Shown here: positions 37,073 to 46,155 of the stretch, in pieces
How positions within the stretch are numbered: the first letter of the stretch is position 1
Layout of the letters: the number at the start of each line of letters is the position of its first letter
Assembly: GCA_015233495.1 (NCBI GenBank)
Contig: JADFXQ010000006.1
Span: forward strand, 1 to 59,858
Source of the DNA: Candidatus Omnitrophota bacterium
GTDB lineage: Bacteria > Omnitrophota > Gorgyraeia > Zapsychrales > Zapsychraceae
Direction of reading: 5' to 3'
Length of the DNA stretch: 59,858 bases
Translations under genes and position numbers: made by a program
The notes under the pieces: model-generated
What the model was told of the DNA's origin: nothing
Database searches by the model: none
The model's input: the letters and a program-made list of their open reading frames with translations, nothing else

Positions 37073-38623
37073 ATGATTAAAAAACCGAGTCCTAAGGGCG
37101 CGCTAATCCCGAAGTTGAATTTAAACGAATTTATGTCCCGCGCCAAAGACGCGGACTTGAATTCGTATTTTATTTTCGGCGCGATTATTCTGGTTTTGCT
37201 GGTCGGGATTTACGCGTTATTCGCTCCGGGTGTTGAAAGCCAGAAGGCGGGCAATCCGGCCTGCGGCAAGATCGTTATCGCGGCGGACGGGCCGTCATTA
37301 CGGAATAATGTGGCTCCGACATTGGAAAGCGCGAAATATTTTTTGGTAGTGGACCCGTTATCCGCGAAATTGGATGAGGCAATTCAAAATCCTTACCGTT
37401 CGACGCAGCCGGATTTACAAATTGTTTATCTCATCGCGGGTAAAGGCGAGGAAGCAGTGGTTGTTGGCAATATTGACTCGCAAAGTTATAAAATTTTAAT
37501 GCAATTCGGTATCCGGGTTTTTGGCGGCTATACCGGTCAGGCGAAAAAAGTTATCCGGTTATATAAACAGGCTCGGATCACGCCGACCCCTTTGCAGAAC
37601 GCAACTCCGCCGGCAATGACCGCCCCCGCGGCGATCGGCAGTGTCCCCAACGCGCCAGTCGCGTTTTTTCCGCAAGGTCAGCCGGCTCAGTCGGTGGGAA
37701 GACCCTGTCAGTTTGTTTGCCCGAATTGCCGATATAGCGCCGCTGGCCAGGATTTTGGCGGACCCTGTCCGCTTTGCCCGAATTGCCGGGGACAGATGAC
37801 GCGGCAAAACGCGGGGCAAGGCGCGGGCTGGGGTGTTCCGGATGTGAATGGAATGGGACAAATTTATCCGAATGGCAACCCTATGCTGCCGGGCGGCATG
37901 AACGCGGGATGGGGCGCAATGAATATGATGAACGGCCCGTGTCCTTTACCGGGACGCGGCGGATGGATGCAAGGCGCGATGATCCAGAACTTGCCGGACG
38001 CGGATACAATGCGCAAATCCAATCCCGGGACTCAAGTCGGATTTTTTGGCTGGGGACAGCAAGCGTTTGTCTGCCCCAATTGCAATTGGCGGATGAAAGC
38101 TTCCCGGCAGGGAAACAGTTTTCCGGATTGTCCGAATTGCGGCGCGCCGATGGCTTTGGATATGGCGGATAAGAATAAAGCCGGGGCGCCATGGGGAGGG
38201 GAACAGGCGGCGAATTTGAATCAAATGCCGCCGCAATATAATTCGGCGATGAACTCGTCGAATTATGCCGCGGCTCAGAACGGAGCAGGGATTTTCCAAT
38301 GCCCGAATTGCAATTGGCGGATGTACGGCCAATCCGGTCAAGGCGCATATCCGCGCTGCCCTAATTGCGGACAAATCATGGCGCAAGGCGGGGGCAACAA
38401 CCAGCCGAATTATTATAATCAAGGGAATGTTGCGATGGCGCCGGCAGCGGCCCAAATGCCGATCGCGGCGCCGGCTATAGCCAGCAACGCGGTGATGACG
38501 CATGAATACCGCGGCGTGTGTTCCAATTGTCATCAGATCATCGGGCCGACAGCCAACAGTCAAAATATGCAGCCGCCAGCAGGGAATTCCCTGCGCGTGG
38601 GAATTGGACGGCGAGCCAGATAA
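37073..38623 (+). CDS. TM + NifB/NifX-like domain + three CxxC..CxxC ribbons + magnetochrome heme domain (516 aa)
   Basis: IVIAADG..AKYFLVVD..VVVGNI..GIRVF NifX-like; six CPNC motifs; HEYRGVCSNCH at 38519-38533; start moved to ATG 37073. Confidence 0.8.
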   Translation: MIKKPSPKGALIPKLNLNEFMSRAKDADLNSYFIFGAIILVLLVGIYALFAPGVESQKAGNPACGKIVIAADGPSLRNNVAPTLESAKYFLVVDPLSAKLDEAIQNPYRSTQPDLQIVYLIAGKGEEAVVVGNIDSQSYKILMQFGIRVFGGYTGQAKKVIRLYKQARITPTPLQNATPPAMTAPAAIGSVPNAPVAFFPQGQPAQSVGRPCQFVCPNCRYSAAGQDFGGPCPLCPNCRGQMTRQNAGQGAGWGVPDVNGMGQIYPNGNPMLPGGMNAGWGAMNMMNGPCPLPGRGGWMQGAMIQNLPDADTMRKSNPGTQVGFFGWGQQAFVCPNCNWRMKASRQGNSFPDCPNCGAPMALDMADKNKAGAPWGGEQAANLNQMPPQYNSAMNSSNYAAAQNGAGIFQCPNCNWRMYGQSGQGAYPRCPNCGQIMAQGGGNNQPNYYNQGNVAMAPAAAQMPIAAPAIASNAVMTHEYRGVCSNCHQIIGPTANSQNMQPPAGNSLRVGIGRRAR

Positions 38624-38644
38624 AACATTATACGAGGAGATTAT

Positions 38645-38926
38645 ATGGCCAATAAATTATTAGTGTGCAATTTATGTAATGGTGAAATGCAGTTGTATAC
38701 CGGCCCGCGTTACAGCCGGAAACTCGGGGTGTTTTTAGTTGGGGTTGGTATTTTTCTTACTTTATTTTGGATGGGGCCGGTTTTGGGCGTGCCGCTTTTT
38801 TTCATCGGGCTCTATATGGTGGGCGCGAAACGCCAGCTCTGGGTATGCAAGGAATGTAATACCGGGATCGAACGGATTGAACTGAAACCGGAACAAACCG
38901 AAACCGTTAAAAAAACAAAAGAGTAA
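38645..38926 (+). CDS. CxxC-hydrophobic hairpin-CxxC membrane protein (LITAF-like topology)
   Basis: CNLC, two short hydrophobic helices, WVCKEC. Confidence 0.7.
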   Translation: MANKLLVCNLCNGEMQLYTGPRYSRKLGVFLVGVGIFLTLFWMGPVLGVPLFFIGLYMVGAKRQLWVCKECNTGIERIELKPEQTETVKKTKE

Positions 38927-38932
38927 AACATC

Positions 38933-40105
38933 GTGGCTGACAAACTTATCAAATATCGCAAACAAAGCCGGCAGAAATTTTTTCTGGTTTTGGCAGTGTT
39001 TTTTCTCGGGCTGCTTTTTGTGGCGGCCTTGATGCACATCGGGGCGGGAGACGCGGAATGGGGCGGGATGTCGGTGAGCAATGTTTCTGCGGCCAACGCG
39101 ATGGAATTCAATATTCCGAAAGACGAAAAAGGCGTAGTGGTCAACTGGTGCGAGGACCCTGCTTATTCTTCGGGTGTGCGCAGCGGCGATCTTTTGAAAG
39201 CCGTCAACAATCAGAAGATTAAAAATTTAGCGGACTTTTTAAAAGTGACCAAGCAAACCGAGTTAAGTCAAGGCGCGTTGTTGGACGTTTTGCGCAATGG
39301 CCAGCCGATTTACATCACCATGGAAAATAAATTGGGTCTGCATGACAGTATCAAGAAGAGTTTGAACATGGATATGGGCGTGACAGGAAAAAACCCGGCT
39401 GCCGCTCCACCGGCTGCAGCCAAAAGCGGCTCCACCGCGGGCGGACCGGGACAGTTAGCCGCGTTCGCTAACCGATCGCCGGCGGAAACCGCGGAAGCCG
39501 GAGTGGGACAGCCGGCGCCAGCGCCGTTGAATACGCAATTGCCAACCCCAAAACAACAGGGAGCGGCGAAAAAAGATTTGATTGAAGGTCATTGGTTGGG
39601 CATGGAGTTGATCCCGCTCACTCCGGAATTAGCGACTGAATATAAAGTCCCGCCGGATACAAAAGGTTTGTTGGTTGATGAGATTTGTTTGGAATCCGCG
39701 GAATCGGGTATTTTGGCGGGTGACATGGTAGTGGGCGTGGATGGGGTGGCGACTCCGGATTTGGTCGCTTTTACGGAAGCGACGCGCCGGGTCAAAAACC
39801 GCGACAGCGCTAAGATCACGGTTTCCCGGCGGGGGCGTATTCTGGATTTTAAGATTTCTTCTGAACGCACTTTGGGGTTTTCGCAGAATGAAGCGGCTCA
39901 GCCGATCGCGCCGGGCGCGATCAGCCCGCATCGCAGCCGCAATAAACCGTGCACCTCTTGTCATATAATTATGGTGACGGGCGGACAACTGCCGACGGAC
40001 GCGGGAGATATTTTACCGAACCCGCCTCCGATCACCAAGGGCGCGGTGGCGCCGCACGAATATCGCGGCAAATGCAAGAACTGTCACGTGATATTAAAAA
40101 AATGA
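38933..40105 (+). CDS. mamP: magnetosome protein MamP (TM, two PDZ, two magnetochromes)
   Basis: EGHWLGMELIP; PH..KPCTSCH and PHEYRGKCKNCH. Confidence 0.88.
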   Translation: MADKLIKYRKQSRQKFFLVLAVFFLGLLFVAALMHIGAGDAEWGGMSVSNVSAANAMEFNIPKDEKGVVVNWCEDPAYSSGVRSGDLLKAVNNQKIKNLADFLKVTKQTELSQGALLDVLRNGQPIYITMENKLGLHDSIKKSLNMDMGVTGKNPAAAPPAAAKSGSTAGGPGQLAAFANRSPAETAEAGVGQPAPAPLNTQLPTPKQQGAAKKDLIEGHWLGMELIPLTPELATEYKVPPDTKGLLVDEICLESAESGILAGDMVVGVDGVATPDLVAFTEATRRVKNRDSAKITVSRRGRILDFKISSERTLGFSQNEAAQPIAPGAISPHRSRNKPCTSCHIIMVTGGQLPTDAGDILPNPPPITKGAVAPHEYRGKCKNCHVILKK

Positions 40106-40117
40106 CAAATGACAAAT
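40100..40117. repeat. 7-bp-period repeat arm (aaatgac)2 aaat
   Basis: Between mamP and the first heme-cassette gene. Confidence 0.55.
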
Positions 40118-40126
40118 TAAAGCAAT

Positions 40127-40582
40127 ATGAGTCTATTAGATTATATGCCGGTTTGTCTCAGGCTTAAAGGCGCGGAATGTTTGATTGTGGGCGGCGGCAA
40201 TGTGGCTTGGAGGAAGATTAAGGTATTAAAAAAATTCGGCGCGGCTTTGACCTGTATCAGTCCGGAATTTGTGGCCCCGCTCGAAAAATGGGGCAGAGAG
40301 GGCAAAGTCTGTTGTCAGTATAGGCGGTATCCCCAAAATTTGTCTTTGAAAAAGTATCAGCTGGTCTTCGCGGCTACGGATGACCCAGCTGTGAACCGGC
40401 GGGTCGCGGCAGACGCGGCCCGGGCTAAGATCTTAGTAAATGTGGCAGACCAAAGCGCGCCGGGAACGATGATTATGCCGGCGATTTTAAAACGAAAATA
40501 TTTCCTGATCAGCGTATCCACCGGCGGCCGCAGTCCGGCGTTGGCCAAGCAATTAAGGGACAAGTTGGATGCCGTCTTATAA
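40127..40582 (+). CDS. precorrin-2 dehydrogenase/sirohydrochlorin ferrochelatase (SirC/CysG-N-like), short
   Basis: VGGGNVAWRK, AATDD, NVAD, STGGRSPALA; 151 aa. Confidence 0.85.
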   Translation: MSLLDYMPVCLRLKGAECLIVGGGNVAWRKIKVLKKFGAALTCISPEFVAPLEKWGREGKVCCQYRRYPQNLSLKKYQLVFAATDDPAVNRRVAADAARAKILVNVADQSAPGTMIMPAILKRKYFLISVSTGGRSPALAKQLRDKLDAVL

Positions 40583-41366
40583 CATTATTTTTTTTTACGC
40601 GGGCTGTATTTTTTACGCGATCGGCACGGCGTTGGGAATCGCTTATTTTTCGCGTTCGCAGCCGCGGTTCTTTGATTATGCCAGACAGTGGATCGCGGTC
40701 GGCGCGGTCGCAGGGTTGTTTTTTCTGATTACGCGGTATCGAGATCAAGGGTATTTGCCATTGGTTTCGCTGTTTGAAATTACTTTTTTCTGGGCGTGGT
40801 TGTTGAGCATTGTCGTTTGTCTTTTGCTTAAGGCGGCAATGGCCAAGCCTATCCAGGCAGTCGCTTTGCTGATTTTTGACAGCGTGTTTATCTGGGATTT
40901 GTTTTTAGATAAGCAAAGCCATCTTTTGAATCCTTTATTGAACAGCCCGTGGCTCGGCATTCATGTTCCGGCGGTTATTTTAAGTTATAGCGCTTTTGCT
41001 TTGTCGTTCGCGATCAGCGTTTATCTGGTGATCGGGAAAAAATTCGGCCGGGCCAACGGCGGGTTAGACGCGTTGAACGCGGGATTGATTTTATTCGGCG
41101 TCGTGTTTTTGGGATTTGGGATTGTGACCGGGTCGATCTGGGCGCATACCGCGTGGGGAACTTATTGGAGCTGGGACCCGAAAGAAACTTGGGCGTTGAT
41201 TACGTTTTTGATTTATGGGACAGCAGTGGTGGCGCGCCGGGTATTCCGGATGGAACCGTTTTGGCAGGCGATGACTTCCATCGCGGGTTTTTTGTCAATG
41301 CTGATTACGTTTTTTGGCGTGAGTCTTTTCATGGTCAGTCATCATGCGTATAATGTTGTTAAATAA
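40569..41366 (+). CDS. ccsA: cytochrome c assembly protein, CcsA/HemX-like
   Basis: WWD motif WGTYWSWDPKE; His in WLGIHVP and the C-terminal SHHAY. Confidence 0.8.
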   Translation: MPSYNIIFFYAGCIFYAIGTALGIAYFSRSQPRFFDYARQWIAVGAVAGLFFLITRYRDQGYLPLVSLFEITFFWAWLLSIVVCLLLKAAMAKPIQAVALLIFDSVFIWDLFLDKQSHLLNPLLNSPWLGIHVPAVILSYSAFALSFAISVYLVIGKKFGRANGGLDALNAGLILFGVVFLGFGIVTGSIWAHTAWGTYWSWDPKETWALITFLIYGTAVVARRVFRMEPFWQAMTSIAGFLSMLITFFGVSLFMVSHHAYNVVK

Positions 41367-41417
41367 TGGGTTCTTTCACATTTTACACGTTTAAAATATT
41401 GTTTAAGAGGAATAGAA

Positions 41418-42500
41418 ATGACTTTAGTCGTCCTAGGGATAAATCATAAGACAGCGCCGCTGGATATTCGGGAGCGGTACAGTTTTCCGGACAACGCCTT
41501 GGAGGGGTATTATCGCGGGTTATTAGCGGGCGGCCCAATCCGTGAAGCTATGATTTTGTCAACCTGCAACCGGGTGGAAATTTACGGCGTGGGAGAGGAC
41601 GCGGTTCAAGTCGTTGACCGGTTGGTAGAATTTTTAAATGATATTCAATTAATCGCCCCGGAATTTTTGCGGCAATATTTTTATCGGAAAACCGGAGAAG
41701 CGGCGCTAGGTCATTTTTTCCGCGTGGCCAGCGGGTTGGATTCGATGTTAATCGGCGAGCCGCAGATTCTGGGCCAGATTAAACGGGCGTATGAAAAGGC
41801 TTTGGCTGCGGGCGCGGTTGGTTCGGGGTTGCACGCGGTGATTCAGGATGGCCTGCGGATCGGCAAGAAAGTCCGAAATCATACCGGCATTACCCGCGGG
41901 GTAACTTCCTTATCCGGGGTGGTAATCGATTTGATCAAGCGCGAACCCGGGCTGAATCAGAAAAAGATTTTGGTCATCGGCGCGGGAAAGATCGGCGCCA
42001 CTACCGTCGGGAAATTAGCGGAAATGGCGGTTCAAGAAATAGTTTTGACAAACCGGGATATTGCCCGGGCGGCGCAATTGGCGCGTCAACCCAATTGGCG
42101 GGTGGCGGAATTTGTTGATCTGCCGCGGGAAGTCGCGGCCGCGGATATAGTGGTTGCGGCCACCACTGCGCCGCATTTGATCAACCGCTCGATGCTGGAA
42201 TACATTTGTCAAGGTCGGCAAAAGGAACTGCTGCTGATCGATTTGGGCGTGCCGCGCAACATTGACGCCGCCGCGCGGGCCATGTCGGGTGTGCGGCTTT
42301 ATAACATTGACGATTTGGCTCCGGTGATTGAACAAACTATCCGCGACCGGGCGGTGGAAGCGCGTAAAGCACAAGCGATTGTCAGCCGGGAGATCTTGGC
42401 CGCTCGACGGCAAACAAGCAACCCGGCGCGAGGCGCGGCCGGTATTGCCGCGGCGCCAGCAGGGGAAAAATTTTTATGCGAACTCTCGTTTTCGGGATAA
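41418..42500 (+). CDS. hemA: glutamyl-tRNA reductase, C-terminally short
   Basis: STCNRVEIY, GEPQILGQ, GAGKIG, DLGVPRNID. Confidence 0.93.
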   Translation: MTLVVLGINHKTAPLDIRERYSFPDNALEGYYRGLLAGGPIREAMILSTCNRVEIYGVGEDAVQVVDRLVEFLNDIQLIAPEFLRQYFYRKTGEAALGHFFRVASGLDSMLIGEPQILGQIKRAYEKALAAGAVGSGLHAVIQDGLRIGKKVRNHTGITRGVTSLSGVVIDLIKREPGLNQKKILVIGAGKIGATTVGKLAEMAVQEIVLTNRDIARAAQLARQPNWRVAEFVDLPREVAAADIVVAATTAPHLINRSMLEYICQGRQKELLLIDLGVPRNIDAAARAMSGVRLYNIDDLAPVIEQTIRDRAVEARKAQAIVSREILAARRQTSNPARGAAGIAAAPAGEKFLCELSFSG

Positions 42501-43351
42501 GAAAAAGCGCTTTGGCGCGGGTACAGCTCGAAGAGTTCATCGCTTTTTTGGCGCAGCAAAATTTTATTTTTGACTACTGCGTGAAAACGATTGCCACCGC
42601 CGGGGACCAGGACAAAAAGACTCCGCTGGATAAAATGGGCCGGGGGATTTTTACGAAGACGATCGAAGCCGCGCTTTTGCGCGGAGAAATCGATTGCGCG
42701 GTCCACAGTTTGAAAGATATGCCGGCGGAACTTGAACCCGGAACGGCTTTGTCTTGTTTCCCGCCGCGGCAAGACAGCCGCGATTGTTTGGTTGTCCGGC
42801 CGGGAGTGGCGCCGGAGCATTTGGCGGGATTACGGATCGGCACAGGCAGTCCGCGGCGCGCCGCTTTTTTAAAAGAGCTGGAAAGTACCGCGCAAGCTTT
42901 GCCAGTCCGCGGAAACGTTGAAACGCGGCTGCGCAAGTTGGACAAAGGCGATTATGATGGTTTGATTTTGGCGGCTGCCGGGTTAAAACGTCTCGGTTAC
43001 GCGGGACGCGTTGCTCGGTATTTTGATCCGGAAATTTTTGTTCCACCGGCCGGGCAAGGGATTATTTGCGGCCAAACCCGCGGCAGGGACATTGAATTGA
43101 ACCAAGCGTTACGCGCGTGTTCTTGCGCCGCGACCGGAAAAGCGGCCCAGGCGGAACGGAAAATTTTAACGGTTTTAAACATCGGCTGCCAAGTGCCTTT
43201 TGGGGTGTATGCCCGGTTTGACGCAGAACAATTTTGCATAACCGCCCGGGGATTTACGGCGGCAAAACAGGCCTTGGTGAGCAAAAAGCAAGTTGTCCCG
43301 GCGGCGCAGTGGGAAGCGGCGGTAGATAAATTGATAAACGCTTTAAAGTGA
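42476..43351 (+). CDS. hemC: hydroxymethylbilane synthase
   Basis: RKSALA, AVHSLKDMP, GTGSPRR, RGNVETRL. Confidence 0.95.
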   Translation: MRTLVFGIRKSALARVQLEEFIAFLAQQNFIFDYCVKTIATAGDQDKKTPLDKMGRGIFTKTIEAALLRGEIDCAVHSLKDMPAELEPGTALSCFPPRQDSRDCLVVRPGVAPEHLAGLRIGTGSPRRAAFLKELESTAQALPVRGNVETRLRKLDKGDYDGLILAAAGLKRLGYAGRVARYFDPEIFVPPAGQGIICGQTRGRDIELNQALRACSCAATGKAAQAERKILTVLNIGCQVPFGVYARFDAEQFCITARGFTAAKQALVSKKQVVPAAQWEAAVDKLINALK

Positions 43352-43473
43352 ATGACCAATGACAAAATTCAAAATTCAAAAATCCAAACATACAGCTTGG
43401 AATTTTTTGTTTTACGCCAGGGATTTTAAAATTTGAATTTATTTTGAATTTGGCGATTTATCATTCGAATTTT
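43351..43473. repeat. 7-bp-period AT-rich hairpin element
   Basis: aatgacc aatgaca aaattca aaattca aaaatcc arm and complementary tttgaattt..ttttgaattt arm at 43432-43451. Confidence 0.65.
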
Positions 43474-43479
43474 ATAAAA

Positions 43480-44988
43480 ATGTTAAAGGCGCAGAAACCA
43501 GCGAAAGTGTATTTGGTCGGCGCGGGTCCGGGGGATCCGGGCCTGATGACAGTTAAGGCTTTGGAATGCGTTAAGCAAGCGGACGTGATTCTTTATGACC
43601 GGCTGATCAGTCCGGAGATTTTAAAGCAGGGCAAAGCCGGCGCGGTTTTAAAATATGTAGGCAAAGCCAAGGGCGAATCGGTTGATCAGGCAAAGATCAA
43701 CCAAACAATTTTATCCTATGCCCGCGCCGGAAAAACCGTTGTCCGATTAAAAGGCGGCGATCCGTTTATTTTTGGCCGGGGACAGGAAGAGGCGTTCTTT
43801 CTCAATAATCAGGGTATTGCCTGCGCCGTGATTCCGGGCGTGAGTTCTTTTTACGCCGTGCCGGAGGTTTGCGGGATTCCGCTTACCTATCGGGGCATCG
43901 CGAGTCAATTTATGGTGTTGACCGGGCATGAAGACCCGGCAAAGCAAACCCCAGGCATTGACTGGCGGCACGCCGGACGGTTTCAGGGGACGATTGTTGT
44001 AATGATGGGGTTGTCGAATCTCGGTAAAATTACCAGCCGGCTGATGGCGGCCGGCAAAAGCGGCGATACCCCGGCTGCGGTAATCGCCAGCGGCACCACG
44101 CGCCGGGAAAAAATCGTGATATCCCGACTATCGGATATCGCGGCCAAGACTAAAAATTTTACCGCGCCGGCGATTTGCGTGATCGGCGGGGTTGTAAAAA
44201 TGGCTTATGGGATCAATGACCGGCTCAGGCCTTTGGCCGGCAAACGGTATTTGTCGACAGCGAGCGAAGCGTTGGGCGCGGATATTGTGCGCCAATTAAA
44301 ACGGTTGGGCGCGGCCGTGAGTTTACTGCCGATGATTCATATCGTCGCGAATCCGGATACTGCGGTCTTGGACCGGATCATCACGCAGGTAAAAACTTTT
44401 GATTGGCTGGTGTTTACGTCGCGGCACGGGGTGGATTATTTTCTAAAGCGTTATTTTGAGTTGGGCGCGAATCCGGCGCATTTAGCCGGACGCATTGCCT
44501 GTGTGGGTTGCGGCACTGCCGCGGAATTCGCGAAACACGGGATGGCCGCGGATCTGATGCCCGAAGAATTTACGACGCGAAATCTGGGTTTGGCGCTCGC
44601 AGCTCAAGGGATAGCCGGCAAACGGGTGGCTTTGTTACGCACGCCTTTAGCGCAGGATGTTTTAAAGAAAATTTTGCTTAAAGCCGGAGCGGTTATAACG
44701 GATTGCGCGGTTTATCACGTGGAAAATGTCGGGTATTCCGGGCCGCGGTTGGCCCCAGCTGTAAAAAAACTCGACGGAATATTTTTCTTGAGTCCGCAAG
44801 CTGTGCGGGTGTTTTTTGCGACGGTTCCGCCCGAGAGCCAAGCAGCGCTGAAACAAAAAGCGGCGTTTTATTCTATTGGCCCGGTGACTACCCGGATGTT
44901 GAAAAAAATAGGGGCCCGCGATATTCGTGCCGCGGCAGAGCACACGGTAAACGGCATGGTTGATCGGTGTTTAAAGGACATTGTCTGA
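43480..44988 (+). CDS. cobA-hemD: uroporphyrinogen-III C-methyltransferase / synthase fusion (CobA-HemD)
   Basis: GAGPGDP, RLKGGDPFIFGRG; HemD half DWLVFTSRHGV, SIGPVT. Confidence 0.93.
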   Translation: MLKAQKPAKVYLVGAGPGDPGLMTVKALECVKQADVILYDRLISPEILKQGKAGAVLKYVGKAKGESVDQAKINQTILSYARAGKTVVRLKGGDPFIFGRGQEEAFFLNNQGIACAVIPGVSSFYAVPEVCGIPLTYRGIASQFMVLTGHEDPAKQTPGIDWRHAGRFQGTIVVMMGLSNLGKITSRLMAAGKSGDTPAAVIASGTTRREKIVISRLSDIAAKTKNFTAPAICVIGGVVKMAYGINDRLRPLAGKRYLSTASEALGADIVRQLKRLGAAVSLLPMIHIVANPDTAVLDRIITQVKTFDWLVFTSRHGVDYFLKRYFELGANPAHLAGRIACVGCGTAAEFAKHGMAADLMPEEFTTRNLGLALAAQGIAGKRVALLRTPLAQDVLKKILLKAGAVITDCAVYHVENVGYSGPRLAPAVKKLDGIFFLSPQAVRVFFATVPPESQAALKQKAAFYSIGPVTTRMLKKIGARDIRAAAEHTVNGMVDRCLKDIV

Positions 44989-46139
44989 TGATTTCTTGCT
45001 CGAAAATATTCAAAGGCGAACGCACGGAACACACTCAGCGTAAAAAGGGACCGCTGTTCGTCTGGAATGTCACCAGTCGCTGCAATTTGCAGTGCGGTCA
45101 TTGTTATCGGGATGCTTCTTCGGGAAACGGCGCCGATGATTTGACCGACCAAAATTGCCTGAATTTTATCCGCGAGATTAAGGAGCTCAACCCGCCGATC
45201 GTGCTGTTGACCGGCGGCGAGCCGCTGTTGCGCGGAAATATTTTTGACATTATCCGGGTTTGCCGGGATGAAGGTTTATCCGTAGGATTGTCCACCAACG
45301 GCACGCTGATCAATCCGGACATGGCGAAAAAAATTCAGGACGCGGGAGTGAGTTATGTCGGGATCAGCATTGACGGGAATAAGGAAGCGCATGACCGGTT
45401 CCGCCGCGCCGACGGGTCATGGGAAGCCAGTTGGCAAGGGATTGAATCTTTAAACAAGCACGGCGTGAAAACCGGAGTGCGGTTTACCTTGACTGCGGCT
45501 AACCGTCACGATCTTAATGCGGTTTTAGCCAAGACCGTGATCAGCGGCACGAAACGATTCTGCTTGTATCATTTGGTTTACGCCGGCCGCGCCGCGGCTG
45601 AACAGGACATGACGGTGGAAGAAAAACGGCTGTGCATGGAAGGGTTTTTTAAAAAAATCCGGGAAATTTTAGCGGTCGATCCGGAGTTTGATGTTTTGAC
45701 CACAGACAGTCCGGCGGACGGCGTGTTTATGCTCGGCATGGTCAACAATAAAAAAGACGCTTTGGCGTGTATTACCTCGCATAAGGGATGTTCAGCGGGC
45801 GACCGGGTCGTTTATATCGATTCCAACGGCGATGTTTTTCCCTGCCAGTTTTTACGGGAATATCCGCTGGGGAATATTTTAGAAGAACCGCTCATTGAAA
45901 TTTGGCAAAATACGCGCAACGATTTATTGTTGCAGTTGCGCGATAAACAAAGTTACGTCGAAGGCAAATGCGGGATTTGCCGGCATAAACATATTTGCGG
46001 CGGATGCCGGGCTAGGGCCCAAGCGTATCATGGTTCTTTATGGGCGGAAGACCCGGGATGCTATTTGACCGAAGGGGAAGTGACTCCGCAATTTTTGCGT
46101 CGGCCCAGGAAAACTGAGAAGCAGGTTGTCGGAGTATAG
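44988..46139 (+). CDS. ahbC: radical SAM/SPASM Fe-coproporphyrin synthase
   Basis: WNVTSRCNLQCGHC, SPASM Cys, CGGCRARA; TGATG overlap. Confidence 0.8.
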   Translation: MISCSKIFKGERTEHTQRKKGPLFVWNVTSRCNLQCGHCYRDASSGNGADDLTDQNCLNFIREIKELNPPIVLLTGGEPLLRGNIFDIIRVCRDEGLSVGLSTNGTLINPDMAKKIQDAGVSYVGISIDGNKEAHDRFRRADGSWEASWQGIESLNKHGVKTGVRFTLTAANRHDLNAVLAKTVISGTKRFCLYHLVYAGRAAAEQDMTVEEKRLCMEGFFKKIREILAVDPEFDVLTTDSPADGVFMLGMVNNKKDALACITSHKGCSAGDRVVYIDSNGDVFPCQFLREYPLGNILEEPLIEIWQNTRNDLLLQLRDKQSYVEGKCGICRHKHICGGCRARAQAYHGSLWAEDPGCYLTEGEVTPQFLRRPRKTEKQVVGV

Positions 46140-46155
46140 AATTAAGGTGATGGAT

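Noticed and set aside
40127-44988. Possible cobalamin biosynthesis cluster
   Set aside because: No cbi/cob ring-modifying genes; SirC and CobA are explained by the siroheme-to-heme route
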